A stretch of DNA of 64,000 nt from Sphagnum compactum (Eukaryota): NCBI GenBank assembly GCA_965153455.1, contig OZ234494.1, positions 10,292,001 to 10,356,000 on the forward strand, read 5' to 3'. Position numbers and translations under genes: made by a program. The notes under the pieces were generated by a model. The model had not been told where the DNA came from, searched no databases, and saw nothing but the letters and a program-made list of their open reading frames with translations. Shown here in pieces: positions 1 through 12,899 of this stretch; position 1 is the stretch's first letter; every line of letters begins with the position of its first letter.

Positions 1-2600
1 TATTTTTTGGTGACAAGCCTTTTTTATTGGCCCATCACAAGTAATATTTGCACTTCAAATGTATGTAGTGCATGTATTATCTATAGATTGATATTTTTTC
101 ACCTACTTATATAGTTTACAAAGTTAAACTTGTTAACAAAGGATATGGGATAAATTTACAACATTATGCTAGATCATCCTTTGTCCCATACAAAAATACC
201 CAACTTTGACCATTATTATTTTTTTCATATTTTGTCCAAATGAAAAAAATAAAATACATTCTTACAAAAAAATTCAAGATCTACAGACTATTTTTAAAAA
301 ACCAAAATATCAAGTAATTTGACTAAAAACGCATTTGAATCTTCACTATTTCATACATTTGAACAACAATGATATCTTGAGGAACAATTTGTAAATAATA
401 AAATATGTTTATAAACATAATTTAAATGAACATGGCATATATATGTGTGTGTGTGTGTGTGTATGTATTTATGTATGTATAATATTTCCCCATCTTTTAA
501 AAATATACCGAATAAATAACAAAGGCATAAATGTTGTGCTATATTTTTTTAATTATAAAAAAATAAAATATGTTATCTATGAAACATATAATATTATTTT
601 TCAACATTTTAAAATTTTATTAAAAAATATTTAAATCATTTAAATGTCATAATTTTTATCAAATTTTATTGTGGGTGGTAAATTTTAATTTTTTAAAAAT
701 TTTCTTTTCAATTCATTAAATGTGATTCAATATAAAATATTAAAAATTTCAAGTTGTATGACCAAATACTTTGATAAATTATTAAAGATCAAATTTTATA
801 TTTTTTGCTACCCATGACATGGAAACATGAGAAACAATGTCATTTTGGGGCATGTGGATCTCTTTTGAAATTTGTTGGATATCATTAATAAAAATATATA
901 TTTCATTATTTAATGACAAAAATTCAAAAATATATATTCATTTAAATAAACATTTGAGCAAGAGTCTCAATTTAAAAAATTTAATTATATTCGAGGCATC
1001 AATTTTTTATTTAATTTTATGGTTTCAAAAACTTTGGCAATTTGTTTTCCTTTTTTTGGGAATTTTTTTAAATGAAAGAAATTCCCCCAAATTTGTTTTT
1101 AGTCACTATCTAAAAGTCACATTAAATAATTAGTGATTCTAAGGCAAAAGCTTTTTAAATTATAAAGGTATTAATTATTTATTTGTGCACTAATTATGTG
1201 TTTAATCATCTACAAGTTTATAATATGCTTACTAGGTACGTATGTCTACTTTCTAATTTTTTTCCCTTTTAATTCATAAGATTTTAATGTTTCAAATTAT
1301 ATTTATTAAATAATTATATGGTTGTCATGAAAAAGGTTTTTAGTCATGTAATCATATCCATGAAAACTTTTAGTCATGTAGTTATATCCATGGTTACAAA
1401 AATATGACTAGGCACAAAAACATGACATATATGACTATATGATTAGAAAATGGTCACTAGTCAAATTTATCCTAGTCGTATATGTCAAGTTTTGGCGTAT
1501 TGATTTTGCAAAGGATTATCAAAAGGACTCATATAATAAAACACATTTGATGGAAAAAAATTAAGAAGATAAAGATGTATTAACTACATTGAAAAAACAC
1601 TCATACCTTAAAATATGTGGAATTTTAAAACTTTAAAAAATCAAAGAACTTTCCAAAATTGATCCAAATTTTAAAACTTTGAAAGTTTTTTACCACATAT
1701 AAATGAGGTATAATCTACATGATGTGTTAAAAAAAGTTGTAACTCATCATTAAAAAAAACATAATAATGTAGAAAATGAATTTTTGGTTATGATTTGAAA
1801 TTGTTATCATTTTTATAAATAGAACACTAAATTTACAAGGAATTAGAACACTTTCAGATTTTCATATTTATTCGAAAATGATAAACAGAAAAACATGTCA
1901 TGTATTGGGACAACTGCAAGCATTTATTTTAACAAATTACAAAAACAATTGTTCCAAAATTCATTCATATGAAAAAAAAAAGTTAGGAAAAAGGACCATG
2001 GCAGTCCTTTTCTAAAGTAATGATGTTGGCTCATTGTATCTCATTTACACCCAATTTAGCTATTAGTATAAAAAAAGGTCTACTCCCTAGGGCCTTTTTT
2101 AATTTGAAGGTTGTAGGGATGTAGGCCTAAAAATTAAAGGAGGTCCCGAGAAATGAACCTTCCCTAATGTAAAGCACAAAAGGTTTTTTAATTCAAATGG
2201 CAAAAAATCAGTAAAAGCTCCTTCAATTGATGAATGAATCATTATGTGTGAACAGGTGCAATCAAATGAAGAAAACTAATCATGGCCCATCTAAACAAAT
2301 TGACCCATAACTTATGCATTACCACATAGGCCCAACTTGTCTATTTCATTTCTATTTTCTCTTTTGGTAAAGTAACATGTTGGCCATTAATCCTAAGTAG
2401 ATCAATTATAATGTGAAATGATCATCATTTTTAATGAAATTAAAAGACCATGGGAGTTCATGTGGTTATGTGAATCAAATATATATATAAATGGGTTTGA
2501 AAGGAGGTTCCTTCCAATTTTTCCAAAGGTTGTGCAAAAACATGTAAGGTGCAACTTAATGAAATAAATTAAATTTGTAATTCACTTCAATATAAATAGG

Positions 2601-2904
2601 TGTCATGGCCTAGGATATTTTGGGATACTTTTGGCAATGTCATGTCCTAGGATATTTTGGGATACTTTTGGCAATGTCATGTCCTAGGATATTTTGGGAT
2701 ACTTTTGGCAATATCATGGCCTAGGATATTTTGGGATACTTTTAGCAATATCATGGCCTAGGATATTTTGGGACTAGTATGGCTCAGGGTTATAAAAGGA
2801 GATAGTCTGGGGAACAACCCTTCAGCAGATCAACACCAGTTGATGGGTCAATAAAGCTTGTCTTGTCTTGTAATTCTCCACTTGTTTGTAGTCGGTCCAT
2901 AACA
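2601..2904 (+). repeat. 5' LTR with ~4.7 copies of a 37-bp tandem unit, TATA box and AATAAA
   Basis: TGTCATG...TAACA; unit tgtcatg(g/t)cctaggatattttgggatacttttggcaa; TATAAAAG at 2791; AATAAA at 2850. Confidence 0.97.
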
Positions 2905-2906
2905 GT

Positions 2907-2916
2907 TTGATCTGCT
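2907..2916 (+). promoter_or_regulatory. Self-priming primer-binding site
   Basis: TTGATCTGCT is the exact reverse complement of AGCAGATCAA (2824-2833), which starts 33 nt after the TATA start; no TGG-type tRNA PBS follows the LTR. Confidence 0.8.
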
Positions 2917-3082
2917 CCTTCTTCTTGTTTGTTTGTTTTGTTGTTTCAGTAAGTAGCTAGAAGTATCTTGGAGTGAAACTTGGAAAGGTTATAGAAGACT
3001 ATAGGACGCTTCTACTCTCAAAGTTTCAAAAGAAAATGATATGTTTTGTGAGAGTTAAGAGCTTTTGAAAACTCTGTGCCAA

Positions 3083-3698
3083 ATCTAGTTTTTTGGTCAT
3101 ATCTCTTTTGTTTAAGCTTTTTTGGGTCTGTAACTTTGTGATCTTATAGATCATATAGGAATATATGTGTGAGAGAAATTTCATGTCATTTGGACTTGTA
3201 TTGAGAGAGATCCACGCATCTGAAGTTTCAAGTGCAGATCTGGTTTTTTGGTCATATCTCCTTTGTTTAAGCTTTTTTGGGTTTGTAACTTTGTGATTTT
3301 ATAGATCATATAGGAATATATGTGTGAGAGACATTTCATGTCATTTGGACTTGTATTGAGAGAGATCCAAACATCTGAAGTTTCAAGTGCAGATCTGGTT
3401 TTTTGGTCATATCTCCTTTGTTTAAGCTTTTTTAGGTCTGAAACTTTGTGATCTTATAGATCATATAGGAATATATGTGTGAGAGAAATTTCATGTCATT
3501 TGGACTTGTATTGAGAGAGATCCAAGCATCTGAAGTTTCAAGTGCAGATCTAGTTTTTTGGTCATATCTCCTTTGTTTAAGTTTTTTTGGGTCTGTAACT
3601 TTGTGATCTTATAGATCATATATGAATATATGTGTGAAAGAAATTTCATGTCATTTGGACTTGTATTGAGAGAGATCCAAGCATCTGAAGTTTCAAGT
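3083..3698 (+). repeat. Four tandem copies of a 155-bp unit in the retrotransposon 5' leader
   Basis: Units start at 3083, 3238, 3393 and 3548 and are nearly identical. Confidence 0.95.
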
Positions 3699-3736
3699 TT
3701 GAAGATTGAAAGCGCAAAAGTGTGAGAACTACCACC

Positions 3737-4710
3737 ATGGACAACTCAGAATCAAACATCGATCTCACTCAAATCCTCGCCGCCCTTCAGCACCTTCAAC
3801 AAGAAAATGTTGTGCTTAGAGACTCGGTGACCCGCCTACAGAATCAGCCACCACCTCCTGCCCTAGTACTTCCTGCTCTTGCAATGGCCGCCCAAGAGCC
3901 CAAGATCAGTCTGCCAGAAAAGTTTGATGGAACGCGCCTCAAATTTCGAGGCTTTGTTAGTCAGGTACGCCTGATCATGCAACTACACCCCCGTCGTTAT
4001 TTTGATGACACCACTCATGTAGGATTCGTTGGAACCCTACTCACTGGGATAGCTGCAGCATGGTTTGCTCCCATCTTGGAAACATCATCCCCTCTCCTGC
4101 AAGATTTCAACGCCTTTATGGCGGAATTTGAAGCAGTATTTGGGGACAGTGACAAGGCCAGGACTTCAGCCAACAAGCTGCGTCGCCTCCAGCAAGGGAC
4201 ACGTTCGGCCATCGTCTACGCCTCAGAATTCAGGCAGCTTGCCTGCGACGTCAATTGGGGAGAAGCTGCCTTGATTGATCAGTTTCGCTGTGGGCTTCGT
4301 GATGATGTTCAAGATCTTTTGTTGACACTCGTAGACCCTTCTTCCTTCAGTGAAGCCATCACCTAGGCAATTCGGTGCAATAATCGCCTGTTCGAACGTC
4401 GCCAGGAAAAGAAAGTCACCTCCAACGCCCAGCTTTGGAATAGTCGGTTTACTACGCTCCCCTTAGTTCCCCAAACAACACCAGTTGCCCGACCTACCTC
4501 TTTTGGACCTGCTCCGATGCAGATTGACACAGCTAAGTTTAAATCTTTGACAGAAGCCGAGAAACTTCGCCAAAGGACAAACAATCTATGTCTTTACTGT
4601 GGCAACCCAGGGCATATAGCTCGTCAGTGCCCTCAAAAGCTTGTCAAACTTCAAGTACAAGCTGTGGAACTCCCCAAGAGTTGGAAAACAAGAACATCCA
4701 GTCACAGTAG
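3737..4710 (+). pseudogene. gag: gag (capsid-like domain plus CCHC zinc knuckle), interrupted
   Basis: PEKFDG and LRQG-like (RLQQG) motifs; knuckle CLYCGNPGHIARQC; in-frame TAG at 4364; probable 1-nt deletion near 4670 before the inferred native stop at 4708-4710. Confidence 0.9.
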
Positions 4711-4758
4711 GAGCCGTACGACTGGATCTCACCCAACACCACCTTTGCAAAGGCTCCT
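4683..4758 (+). promoter_or_regulatory. Putative -1 programmed ribosomal frameshift signal (slippery site plus H-type pseudoknot)
   Basis: GGAAAAC 4683-4689; 6-nt spacer; stem 1 ATCCAGTC 4696-4703 / GACTGGAT 4720-4727; stem 2 AGGAGCC 4709-4715 / GGCTCCT 4752-4758. Confidence 0.75.
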
Positions 4759-7700
4759 GTTCCGCTGTTGGTCCCAGTCCCAGTTTCACTCAGTATGTGG
4801 ACATCATCCGTATTCCAGAAGACATACCACAAGAGACAGCTTTGGTGGACTCCGGCGCCACCTCTTCTTTCATTGACCAAACATTTATCGTCCAACACAA
4901 CATCCCTGTGGTCAAGAAGTCAACCCCTGTTCCGGTAGAGGTTATTGATGGGAGAACCATTGCTTCTGGTGCAATCACACACGAGACAACCCCTCTAGAA
5001 CTCTGTATCGGCAAGCACACGGAGAAGATTGTTCTCAACATCATCTCCACCCTTCACCATCCCATCATCCTTGGTCTGCCTTGGCTAGAAGCACACAACC
5101 CTATCATTGATTGGCGATCTAGAACCCTCACCTTCAGCGCACAACGGTGCACCTCTCAAGAACCCCACGCTCAGAAAAACACTTTGTCCAGTCTTGCCAA
5201 GAACCCTGTGGTCGAGAACCCAAAGAGGGTCGGAACCAATTCCAGTTTTATCAAGTCTGTTATGTCAAATCCTGCAGTCAAGAACCCCCGGTTGGTCAGA
5301 ACTAAACCTTGTCCTGTCAAGAATCTTGTCAAGAATCCTGCCCAGAAAACCAACCCTATCCAGATCTTCGTTGATAGAGCTGTCCCTTTCTATCGGGCTG
5401 CTAAGAATCTTCAAGTCTTCGCCATCCATGTCAACCCAGCCAACACCACAAACCCCCAATCAGAACCAACACCTGTCAAACTTCCCGAGAAGTACAAGGA
5501 CTTTGTTGATGTTTTTGAAAAGATTAATGCTGATCAGCTCCTCGCCCATAGTCCATATTACTGCCCGATTGATCTAAAAGAAGGACACTCACCACCCTTT
5601 GGTCCTATCTATGGCCTATCGGAACCGGAACTCCAAGCCCTGCGTGATTACCTTACTAAAAATCTTGCCAAGGGGTTCATTCAGCATTCCAAGTCTCCAG
5701 CCGGCGCCCCAATTTTGTTTGTCAAGAAGAAGGATGGCTCCCTTCGACTCCGTGTGGATTATCGTGGACTCAACAAGATAACCAAAAAGAATCGATATCC
5801 CTTGCCCTTGATTTCAGGTCTCCTAGATCGACTATGTACCGAGAAGATCTTCACCAAGCTTGACCTCCGTGGAGCCTACAACTTACTCAGGATTCGCCCC
5901 GGTGATGAATGGAAGACAGCTTTCCGCACATGCTACGGCCACTTCGAATACACGGTCATGCCCTTCGGCCTCACCAATGCACCTGCAGTCTTTCAGCATC
6001 TGATGAATGATATCTTCCGGGATTACATGGACGAATTTGTCGTGGTCTATTTGGATGACATTTTAATCTTTTCCAAGGACCAGGAAACCCACGACAAACA
6101 TGTACGATTGGTGCTTGCGACGCTCCGGGAGCATGGCTTATACGCCAAGTTGGAAAAATGTGAATTCGACAAATCTTTAGTGGTGTTCCTCGGCTATGTG
6201 ATCTCTCCAGATGGCATTTTCATGGACAAGTCAAAGGTCGAGATCATCCAGTGTTGGGCTACTCCATCCTCGGTCAAGGACGTTCAACGCTTCCTAGGGT
6301 TTGCCAACTTCTATCGTCGGTTTATCAAAGGCTACTCCAAGATCACAACACCGTTAATAACCCTGACTTGCAAAGACAAGCCCTTCTCGTGGAATCCAAC
6401 GGCCCAGGCTGCTTTTGATACTCTCAAGATGGCATTCACCTCTGCACCTATCCTGATACATCCCGATCCTGCCAAGCCATTCATTGTGGAAACGGACGCT
6501 TCAGATTTTGCCTTGGGAGCTATTCTATCTCAATTTGGAATAGATGGGTTGTTGCATCCAGTTGCTTTCTATTCACGGAAGTTAACCAGTGCCGAAATCA
6601 ACTACCAGGTCTACGATAAGGAACTCCTGGCAATCATCACGGCATTCGAGCAGTGGAGACCGTATCTTGCCGGAGCTCAACATTGAGTCCAAGTTCTGAC
6701 AGATCACAAGAATCTCTTTTATTTCACAACTACTCGGACCTTAAATCGTCGCCAGGCACGCTGGTCTATCTTCCTAGCTGATTTCGACTTTGAGATTCAG
6801 TATCAACCCGGCACCCAGCAAGGGAAAGCTGACGTGCTATCTCGTCGTTCAGAATATGAACTTCGAGCAAGGGATGAGGCCTACGGCCAGCAGAACGAAA
6901 CTTTACTCAACCCCGAGCAATTTCGAGTTGCAGCAACAATCAGCACCCTCCCAGACTCATACCTTGTCAGGGACATCAAGATGGCAACTAAGGAAGACAC
7001 CTGGGCTACCAACATCAAGAAGGAACTCTAGGAACGACCAAGGAACTCAAATCGTGATGACTTGGATCAGTTTGAGCAGCAAGACGGACTTCTCCTTCGA
7101 AATAACCTGATTTATGTACCCGAAGGACCTATACGCCTAAAAATCCTGAGAGAATGCCACGACAACACCCTGGCGGGTCACTTTGGAATGGCACGGACTC
7201 ACGAACTAGTGTCAAGGACTTACTGGTGGCCCAAAATGAACAAGATGCTACGGGAGTATGTCAAGTCTTGTGATACATGTGCTCGATCCAAGGCTCCCAG
7301 GCATCGCCCGTTTGGACTCCTACAGCCTCTGTCGATTCCTAGCCGACCTTGGGGATCTATTGCAATGGACTTCATCACAGACCTCCTTACTGTCAGAACC
7401 AAGAATTCAATACTGGTTGTGGTCGATCGACTCACCAAAATGGCCCATTTCACCCCTTGTTCCAAGTCAATCACGGCAGAAGAGACAACTTAGTTAATTC
7501 TGGACGGGATCGTCCGACTGCATGGACTCCCCAAGGAAATTGTGTCCGACAGAGGTCCTCAGTTTGCATCCAAGTTCTGGCATCGTCTATTCGAGCTTCT
7601 TGGAATTGACATTCGGCTATCCTCAGCTTTCCACCCTGAGACAGATGGACAAACCGAACGGACAAACCAGACACTCGAGCAATACCTCCGCTGCACTGTG

Positions 7701-8428
7701 AACTACTAACAGGACGACTAGCTGGACCTACTATCTCAAGCAAAGTTTGCTTATAATAACACAACACATGCATCGAGCGGGATCAGTCCATTCTTTGCCA
7801 ATTACGGTTTTCATCCCAGGTTCAGCCTTGAAATTCCTGGAGACTCCGTAAACCCCTCGGCTGAAGAAAGGGCCACGAGGCTTGGACAGGTTCAACAGAA
7901 CCTTATGGCAGAACTCAAGCTAACACAGGAGTGGCAAAAGAAGCAAGCAGACCGTCGACGCAAGGACCATCCAAACTTCAAGGTTGGAGACAAGGTCTGG
8001 CTTCTCAGAAAGAACATTGCTACCACTCGCCCATGTGCCAAGTTGGATTACAAGCGCCTCGGACCTTTCAAAATCGCCAAATTGGTTGGTCTAGTGGCTT
8101 GCCAGTTGGAGCTTCCACCCCAGTTCAAAATCCACAATGTTTTCCATGTCTCCCTGCTTGAGCGCTATCATGAAAACCCGATCCCAGAACGTCATCAAGA
8201 ACCCCTAGCTCCAGTCGAAATTGAAGGCCAAGAAATGTTTGAAGTTCAGGAGGTCTTGGACTCCAAGAAGATTCGTGGAAAGCTCCTGTACCTTGTCTTT
8301 TGGCGAGGTTATCTTCCTTCTGAAGCTACTTGGGAGCCTGCTGGAAACCTAGTTCATGCCCAAGACTTAGTTAATCGGTTTCACCAACGATATCCTAGCA
8401 AACCGGCTCCATCTGGAAGATGTCGCTT

Positions 8429-8441
8429 GAGGAGAGGATAA
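8429..8441 (+). promoter_or_regulatory. Polypurine tract
   Basis: GAGGAGAGGATAA immediately 5' of the 3' LTR. Confidence 0.85.
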
Positions 8442-8745
8442 TGTCATGGCCTAGGATATTTTGGGATACTTTTGGCAATGTCATGTCCTAGGATATTTTG
8501 GGATACTTTTGGCAATGTCATGTCCTAGGATATTTTGGGATACTTTTGGCAATGTCATGTCCTAGGATATTTTGGGATACTTTTGGCAATATCATGGCCT
8601 AGGATATTTTGGGACTAGTATGGCTCAGGGTTATAAAAGGAGATAGTCTGGGGAACAACCCTTCAGCAGATCAACACCAGTTGATGGGTCAATAAAGCTT
8701 GTCTTGTCTTGTAATTCTCCACTTGTTTGTAGTCGGTCCATAACA
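8442..8745 (+). repeat. 3' LTR
   Basis: Matches 2601-2904 except for 3 substitutions, all in the fourth 37-bp unit. Confidence 0.97.
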
Positions 8746-11339
8746 ATAGGTGCCAAGAATTGGATTATGAAATATACTTAAAATATTTTCAATTTTAATA
8801 GAATATTCTTTTAATATTTATTTCATAGCATACAAACAAAAACCCCTTTATTTCATGTACTTCATAAAATATAGTAAGGTAACCTCCCCAAGAATGAGTT
8901 GGAATGGTTCTGCATACACCATAGGTGATAAGTTACATAACATGTTTGAAACTCGTCAATTAACATCATAGTGGTGTAGATGATAGTTGGCATGGACATA
9001 CAATAATATGGAGGTTGAAAATGACTTACCACATTGGCACTATAATTAATGAATGCCATCATTTGGATTGATTTAAAGGTTGACATTATAGCCATATAAA
9101 AAAAATTGATGTTCATGAGGTTTATTCCACAACAATTGTATATGGACCACAAATCCTGAAAAGGCCAATCTATCAACATGATTTAATTTTAACCTTATAT
9201 GTCAAAATGGGGCAAAACCTTGAAAAACGATTTTTAAATTCACACAATTTGTTGTGTTTAAGAAAATGGGATGGGAGATATGGTTGAATGCAATTGAAGA
9301 ACATGTCTAATGAGTAGGGAAATTGCACATGTGATGCTTGTGAGAACTTATGTTCAAGTGTATTAATGACATAATATTACAAAATTTAACACAATATTTG
9401 AGTTTCATTGAGAAAGAAGAAGAAAGAATCTTCATAACTCCAAAATTTGAAATATATTCTTAGGAATAACAACTTGTTATTAAGTTAATTACCTTGTTTG
9501 ATTTGAGATAAAGAATGCATTTTACAAAGTTTAATGTATAAAGAATTTTTTAAATTTATTCAATTTGTTTTATTACATTATATTTAATGTGTATTCCTTG
9601 AAGAGTTTGAATTGTACTCACATTAGTTATTTAGCATTATTAATAAGGCCAACAAACATTAAAATGCAATTCATGTTTGGTTTGTTGTTGTTGAGTTCAT
9701 GAAAGTTAACATAAGAAGATTTGCACATAAAAACAAAATCATGTTTGGGTGCACCAAGGTGGTTTCATAATATTTAGACCTACATTTTGTACAAGAAAAC
9801 CATGTTCTCATGTTCATTAGGTGAATTTGATGAAAAAATAAATCACATGAAAATTTTAAAGTCATGAAATTTTGAAAGAAAAGGCTACACAATAAACAAT
9901 TCTTTCGTTAAATTGTTTGGCTATTTTTCAATTCATTAGGTTCAAAAAATTTAACTTTAGATGCAGGTTAGATGTGTAGGAAATAATCATGCCAAAAAAC
10001 ATTTATAGTTGATTTTAGAACTCATTTTGGCATATTTCACGTTTTTGCTTATAAACCAAAATATTCATGCATAATTATTACACATGTGAAAAATCACCAC
10101 CATTGCATGAATGATCTTATCTTAGACCATTCAAATTTTCTTATTTAGATTTGTTTCATGCTAATATTATTTGTAGAAAATAGCCCTAAGAAAGTCCTTG
10201 AATTTTTTTTCCTTTCTTTTGGCACCCCAATTGTGAATGCACCCTTGTGTCATTGGAAATTCAACTAAATTACAAAACCTAGTCTTGGCAAGAGAAATTA
10301 GGTGCGTAACAAGTTTAAGCTTGGGCCAAAGGCATAGGCCACATTATAGCAATTAAGTTGATGTTCCTCACTACTTTGCATATATTTTTTCATGTGTTTT
10401 TGGGATGGGTGCACATAAAGAACAAGCCTTGACTTGAAACCTACACCCTCGCATCTTTTTGTGGATGTCCATGTGATTGAAAAAAAATACATGAATTCAA
10501 ATCTCCATGCCCAATATCTTGAAATTTCATAAGGGGGCAACCATATAGTTCCAATACTTGTGTGTACTACAACAATTGGACCACATGCATTGCAACAATT
10601 ACAACTAACTTGTCTAGGCACTACAATTAGGTCCTAAACCCTTCACCATTGGTTGCCAATTTTCTCAATTGTAATGTCATGTTTCTTGTGTGGCATGTTG
10701 TTTGCCACTTTCGTTGATTAACATTTACTAACTTCTACATGAATGAACCATGATCTTGGATTTTGATTATCTCCTTTTGTGATAAAATTTGTCCTTCAAT
10801 GAAGCAAAGATGTAGTTCTAAAAGAGAAAGCAAGTTGACAATCATAATTTTGCATGAAGTTATTTTGATTGAAGAATTACTTAATCATGCAATAAAATTG
10901 ATTATGAATGTCTTCTTCAAAGAACAATTATTATCATCTATGTAATGGGCCCCCTACATAGGTAAATTGTTAAATTAATTAGTGGAAAATTTATGACCAC
11001 TTTGTTGGATTAGTATTAACAACAAAGGGGGCACCTACTATTACTATGCAACTTTAGTATTTAGTAAGAACTTTTATTTGATTTGCATGGTTTATAACAT
11101 TTTGTGTTTTAGATTCTATAATTTATTACATTTGGAATTAAAATAGGTTTAAAGGGTCTTGCAAAAACTTTTGGCATGAATAAAACTTTTTGCTAGGTTT
11201 TATTTTATTTGCACTAACACAATCAAAAGAAAAAATGACAAAGAACACCAAATTGGGAAGATGCAGTCAAACTATGTATTAGGTATATTCGTAAAGTCAA
11301 CAAAATACAACACCAATACCTTGAATACCAGTACCTATC

Positions 11340-12570
11340 TAAGTTTAACCAATAGGTGTAGCCATTAGATTTAGCCATTAGATTTAGCGATTATGTTTAG
11401 CCATTAGATTTAACCACTAGGTTTACCCAAAATTTCATCAAATTTTAACAATTAAGTTTAATTTAAATTTAGCCATTAAGTTTAACCATTATGTTTAGCC
11501 ACTACATTTGGCATTAAGTTTAGCTAAGTTGAACCATTAGATTTTGTCAATATTATAACCTAAATTTAACCACTAGATATAGCCATTAAGTATAACCTAA
11601 ATCTAACCATTATGTTAAACCATTAGATTTACCCATTAAGTTTAACCTAACCTTAACTAATGTTATGTTTAACCATTAGGTTTAATTTATATTAGCCATT
11701 ATGTTTAACCACTATATTTAGCCATTAAGTTTAACCTATGTTATATGTAAGTTAAATCTAGTGATTAAATCTAATGGCTAAATATCAACTATCTTTAGCC
11801 ATTATATTTAGGCACACTGTTTACCCAAAGTTTAACCACATGAAGTTTATCCATTAAGTTTATCAACTAAGTTTATGTTTAACCCAGGTTTAATCATTAT
11901 GTTTAGCCACTAGATTTAGCCACTAGGTTTACTCAAAGTTGAACTATGAAGTTTAAACATTAAATTTATTTGGTAGGTCTATGTTTAGCCAAGGTTTAGT
12001 CATTATGTTTAACCATTATGTTTATCAATTAGGTTTAGCCACTATATATGTTTAGCCACTAGATTTAACCACTAAATTTAACCAAAGTTTAACCATTAGG
12101 TTTATTAACTAAGTTTATGTTTAACAAAGGCTTAATCATTATGTTTAGCCAATAAATTTCACCACTAGGTTTAGCCAAAGTTTAGCCATGAAGTTTAGTC
12201 ATTATGTTTATTAACTAGGTTTAGCCACTATGTTTAGTCAAAATTTAGTCATTATGTTTAACCACTAGATTTAGCCATTCGGTTTAGCCAAAGTTGAGTT
12301 ATGAAGTTTAACCATTAGGTTTGTCAACTAGGCTTAGCTAGAACATGTTTAGCCAAGGCTTAATCATTATGTTTAACCACTAAATTTAATCATTAAGTTT
12401 ATCCAAAGTTTAGCCATGAAATTTAAACATTATGTAAATATAAATTAAGTTTAACCAAGGTTTAAACATTAAGTTTAATCACTACATTAAACCACTAAGT
12501 TTAACCATTTGATTTAACCATTATATTTAATTATTAGTTATCACTTAGGTTTAACCATTGTGTTTAGTGA
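11340..12570. repeat. Degenerate short-unit tandem array (tttagccattag / tttaaccactag variants, ~12-13 bp)
   Basis: Dozens of variants of tttagcca(t/c)tag and gtttaaccattag are visible. Confidence 0.85.
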
Positions 12571-12620
12571 TGTGAAATAAAATTTGAAATAAAAAAACTT
12601 AACAAAAGTTGAACATCTTT

Positions 12621-12690
12621 AATGGTGTAGTCCATTGGTAAGGACTCGGTTTATCATTGTGAAGGTTTGGGGTTCAATTCCTAATACTTG
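12621..12690 (+). pseudogene. Degenerate tRNA-like or SINE-head sequence
   Basis: A-box-like TGGTGTAGTCCATTGGTA and B-box GGTTCAATTCC (12671-12681) at tRNA spacing; stems are poorly paired. Confidence 0.45.
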
Positions 12691-12899
12691 TAACCTATAT
12701 ACATGCTTAAAGGGTTAGGGTAGATAGGTTAAGTTAAGAAGGTTAGATAAACTAAATAAGGTTAGGTATGTTGAGTAGGTTAAACTAAGCTACCACCTAC
12801 CTATTTGTTTTTTTATGACCTACCTAAAACCTATATACAACCTACCTACCTAAACCTACTTGCACAAAAAAATATTTTTAGTAATAATCTAAAACAAAT

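Larger units (their letters stand above)
4683..8441 (+). pseudogene. pol: pol polyprotein: protease, RT, RNase H, integrase, chromodomain; five in-frame stops
   Basis: LVDSGA; YLDD; ETDASD and DKELLA; HHCC zinc finger; MDFI, SDRG and GQTER core; GPF motif; chromodomain FEVQEVLD..YLVFWRGY..TWEP. All segments are in one frame, with stops at 6684, 7029, 7491, 7707 and 7719. Confidence 0.95.
2601..8745 (+). mobile_element. Full-length Ty3/gypsy chromovirus (Tcn1-like) LTR retrotransposon, coding region inactivated
   Basis: Two 304-bp LTRs with TG...CA ends; 5-bp TSD ATAGG (2596-2600 and 8746-8750); order gag-PR-RT-RH-INT-chromodomain; PPT before the 3' LTR. Clade assignment is an inference from the chromodomain and self-priming site. 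Confidence 0.96.

Noticed and set aside
2601-2775. 37-bp repeats resembling a CRISPR array
   Set aside because: The units are contiguous with no spacers and lie within a eukaryotic LTR.
4015-8161. Antisense and alternate-frame ORFs over gag-pol
   Set aside because: These are shadow ORFs of the retroelement coding region with no motifs of their own.
8860-10950. Possible decayed transposase fragments
   Set aside because: No diagnostic motif or terminus could be identified by eye.
12621-12690. Functional tRNA gene
   Set aside because: Acceptor and anticodon stems do not pair; retained only as a tRNA-like relic.
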